DNA of 64,000 nucleotides from the human T2T-CHM13v2.0 reference genome, Homo sapiens: assembly GCF_009914755.1 (NCBI RefSeq), contig NC_060926.1; one strand, 5' to 3'. Both the position numbers and the translations under genes were made by a program. This document shows positions 61,299 through 64,000 of this stretch, piece after piece (the first letter of the stretch is position 1; every line of letters begins with the position of its first letter). The notes under the pieces are model-generated. The model did not search any database. It saw only the letters and a program-made list of their open reading frames with translations, and had not been told where the DNA came from.

Positions 61299-64000
61299 GT
61301 AGGTGATCTCTGGTAGGAAAAACCACAGGTCACAGGCAGAACTCAGTTTAGGTGGTCTTTAGGTAAACTTTTTGTGTATTTTAATTATTATTTCTTTATT
61401 GAAGCACGGTTTCTGGTGTATTTTGGTCCTGATTCTTCAGAAGTCACTCTTAGCTGCCACCTCAACTGATTGCCTGTATGTTCCTTGAATTACCAGGCAG
61501 TCACATTCTTGTTTTTGTTTTTTGGCGTAAAACATGAACATTCCGAGCCTCTACTTATTTAGTTATGTCATGTGTCCTATTTGTACTTGTGTACCACAGA
61601 TAATTCATTGCATCAAACAACCAGTCCTCTCCTTGCAGATGCTAGTGTTAAACCATGCAAAGTCTAGGCATATTCAGGAGACCCCAGGCTCCTTTGCTTT
61701 AAAATATGAACATGAAGGTATATTTAAATGGCATTCTTTTTCGGTATTGATTTTGCCTGTGGCATTAAAAACTACCCTATTGTAAGAAGGAAAAGGGTAT
61801 CATGTTTTTGTGGATGCTGTCAGAGATCAATCTAACTTAAATATACATGACATAGTCCAGGAGCATCATGGATGGCCACTTCATTTTCATCTGAAGAAAC
61901 TGCTGGACCCAGTTGTTTGACCAAATGCTATGCCTATTTTCTTCTTAGAACTGGTATTCATATTGAAAGAAAAGCAGTAAGTTTTAGCTATGTTAAGTGT
62001 TTATTATAGATGATGTCTGGTTTATGCTTCACAGGAAATGACTATAAAGGTATACAATCTAGAAAAGAGCCTGTTGATTTACTTTTAGTCTAGTTTAATG
62101 ACTTGCTTGTTGGTCATCTAACTTGTACAGGATGCACCCTCCTGGGAATGTCCTATGGGTAGGAGAGTCAGCACTGAATGGATGGCTACAATGTGCTGCT
62201 TTTATCAGGTTTATTCTATACTTAGCTTCTTATGCCTAGCAAAATAAGCCAAATCAAATGTGTGTGTCATATGTAAGAGTGTTTCATATATAAGAAACAC
62301 TACCCTGTGCCACTTTTTCAGTTATATGAAGATTGGTGTGATTTAAATGATCTCATAGCTACTTAGGAACAGTTGTACTTTCTTTTTTTCCTCTCAAGTG
62401 GTGTGATTGCAATGTCATCATTTTTAAGCCTAACTAATTATCCAAAAGTGATGTCAACCCCTTGAGCCCTAAATAGTCCTTCTTACAAGCTTGCCCGTTT
62501 CTCACCATCAAATCAAAAGGCCCAGTAACGGTTGTGCCACCTGGTCCTGTTGATTGTGCAGCCACACTCTGTTTGGCAGTAAAAGAGGAAGACTTTCACA
62601 TCAAACCAGGAAATCCAGCCTTGTTTTTTATCTGCCTTTCTGTCGTATCCCATTGTGTGTACTTGATTGGACTACTTCCTTAGTTTTCAAGTTGTAAGGG
62701 TGTAGTCAGGAAATCTTCATAGTATGAGTTTCTCTTATTACTTTCATGGCCTTATAGGTATTTTTTAATTTTTATTTTTTTTATAGCTGAGCCATTACTT
62801 CATCAGGAACCCTTTTCTTGAAGGTAAAATACAACAAAAAGGGAGTCAGGTCTTTGAAGCCTCAAGCACATTTGCTGGATTTAAAGAAATAATATTTAAA
62901 AAGTCACATATTAATCATGTAATTTTCAAAATAAAAAATGAAGATAATCATATTTAGATGGAAACATCATGCTTTTTCTCTACCTTCTTAATATAAGGAT
63001 ATAAAAATTGTCATTTATGGAAATATGCCTTTTAAAATCTTTGTGAAGAAGAGAAAATTTATTTTAAGAAATAAAACATGGTAGGTTTTCCTGATGAATT
63101 TCTCAAATGACGTCTGTTGTATGAGGGGTGAGGGCTGCAGCTGTTGAGTATGTTGGTGGTCGCCTTGCCATTTTGTTCTGGTTATCCGTTACTGATCTTT
63201 AAGAACTGAGGTCACTTTTTCTTAATCAGAACATGCTGTGCTATGACTGCCTAGGTTTCCTCCCTTATCTTTGCCAGGCTTTGACCAGGAGTGTGACGGT
63301 AATACCTGCTGTGGGTGCGAAAGTGTTATGGTTAGCTTCCACATAAACTATCCCTAAAAATCAAGTTTAGCTAAGGTGGCTTCCTTCTCAATTTGTTCCC
63401 AACTCCTATACCTCTCTCCTTAAAAGTATCGGACTTCCTTTGCCTATGTAATTGCTTCTAATTATTCAAGTTCAAAGTCATTTTCCTCTTCTGTAGTTAC
63501 ATTTAGTTCACCAGGCTGGTTTTGATCCAACTATGTGTAAAGCACTATGCTATATTATCTGAGAAATACAATGGTAAACAAGTTATGGATTCGTTACTTA
63601 AGGAACTTATAGTCTAATGCAAAAGGATTTTTGCATGTATATATCATAGCGATAATTTGATTCTAAGAAGTGTAATCCCACTTGAACTAATTTAAATAAA
63701 AGTAGAGATTAATATAAGAAGCTGGTGATTCTTTTAAAAACCAGAGCAGGAAATGGAGGAAGTCTCATGAGAAAATCAGAACTAACAAGGCAACAAAGGA
63801 ACCACAGCTTCTCTTTCACCCCTGTGACTAGCCCAGCCACCACACAGTATCTTTTCTTTACCCCTTTTTGCACATGAGCTGTGTTATTCTGCTTCTCTCT
63901 GCACAGTAGTCTTCTACCTGCACAACAGCACACGTGGCCCCAAAATGGCACTGCCAGTCCTATGGCAGTTACATACTAAAGTCTAGATCATAATACAGAA

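Noticed and set aside
61051-61302. Standalone 83-aa ORF as listed in the track
   Set aside because: It is an internal exon. The 'start' is GTG after an acceptor and the stop lies within the donor site.

Overview
Primate (almost certainly human) genomic DNA from inside the DIS3L2 gene (uridylation-dependent 3'-5' exoribonuclease, RNase II/RNB family), transcribed on the + strand. Three coding exons can be read directly: 12075-12309 (235 nt), 55199-55299 (101 nt) and 61051-61298 (248 nt). They splice in frame and correspond, from recall, to exons 6-8. The rest is intron, mostly transposon relics: about 25 Alus, a near-full-length antisense L1MA-type element, a 5'-truncated sense L1PA-type element with its TSD, MaLR LTRs, an LTR8/ERV1 fragment, L2, MIR and MER elements. 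Nearly all ORFs in the supplied track come from these repeats. I see no CRISPR, RNA gene or new multi-gene system. The most notable observations are: a stop-introducing upstream splice acceptor at exon 6; an inverted AluY pair around exon 6 sharing non-consensus bases; a weak exon-7 donor with an in-frame read-through end; an ERV transcript apparently retrotransposed by L1 machinery; and several short local templated copies (170, 33 and 32 bp). Repeat boundaries and subfamily names are by eye and approximate. Exon numbering and literature links are from memory.
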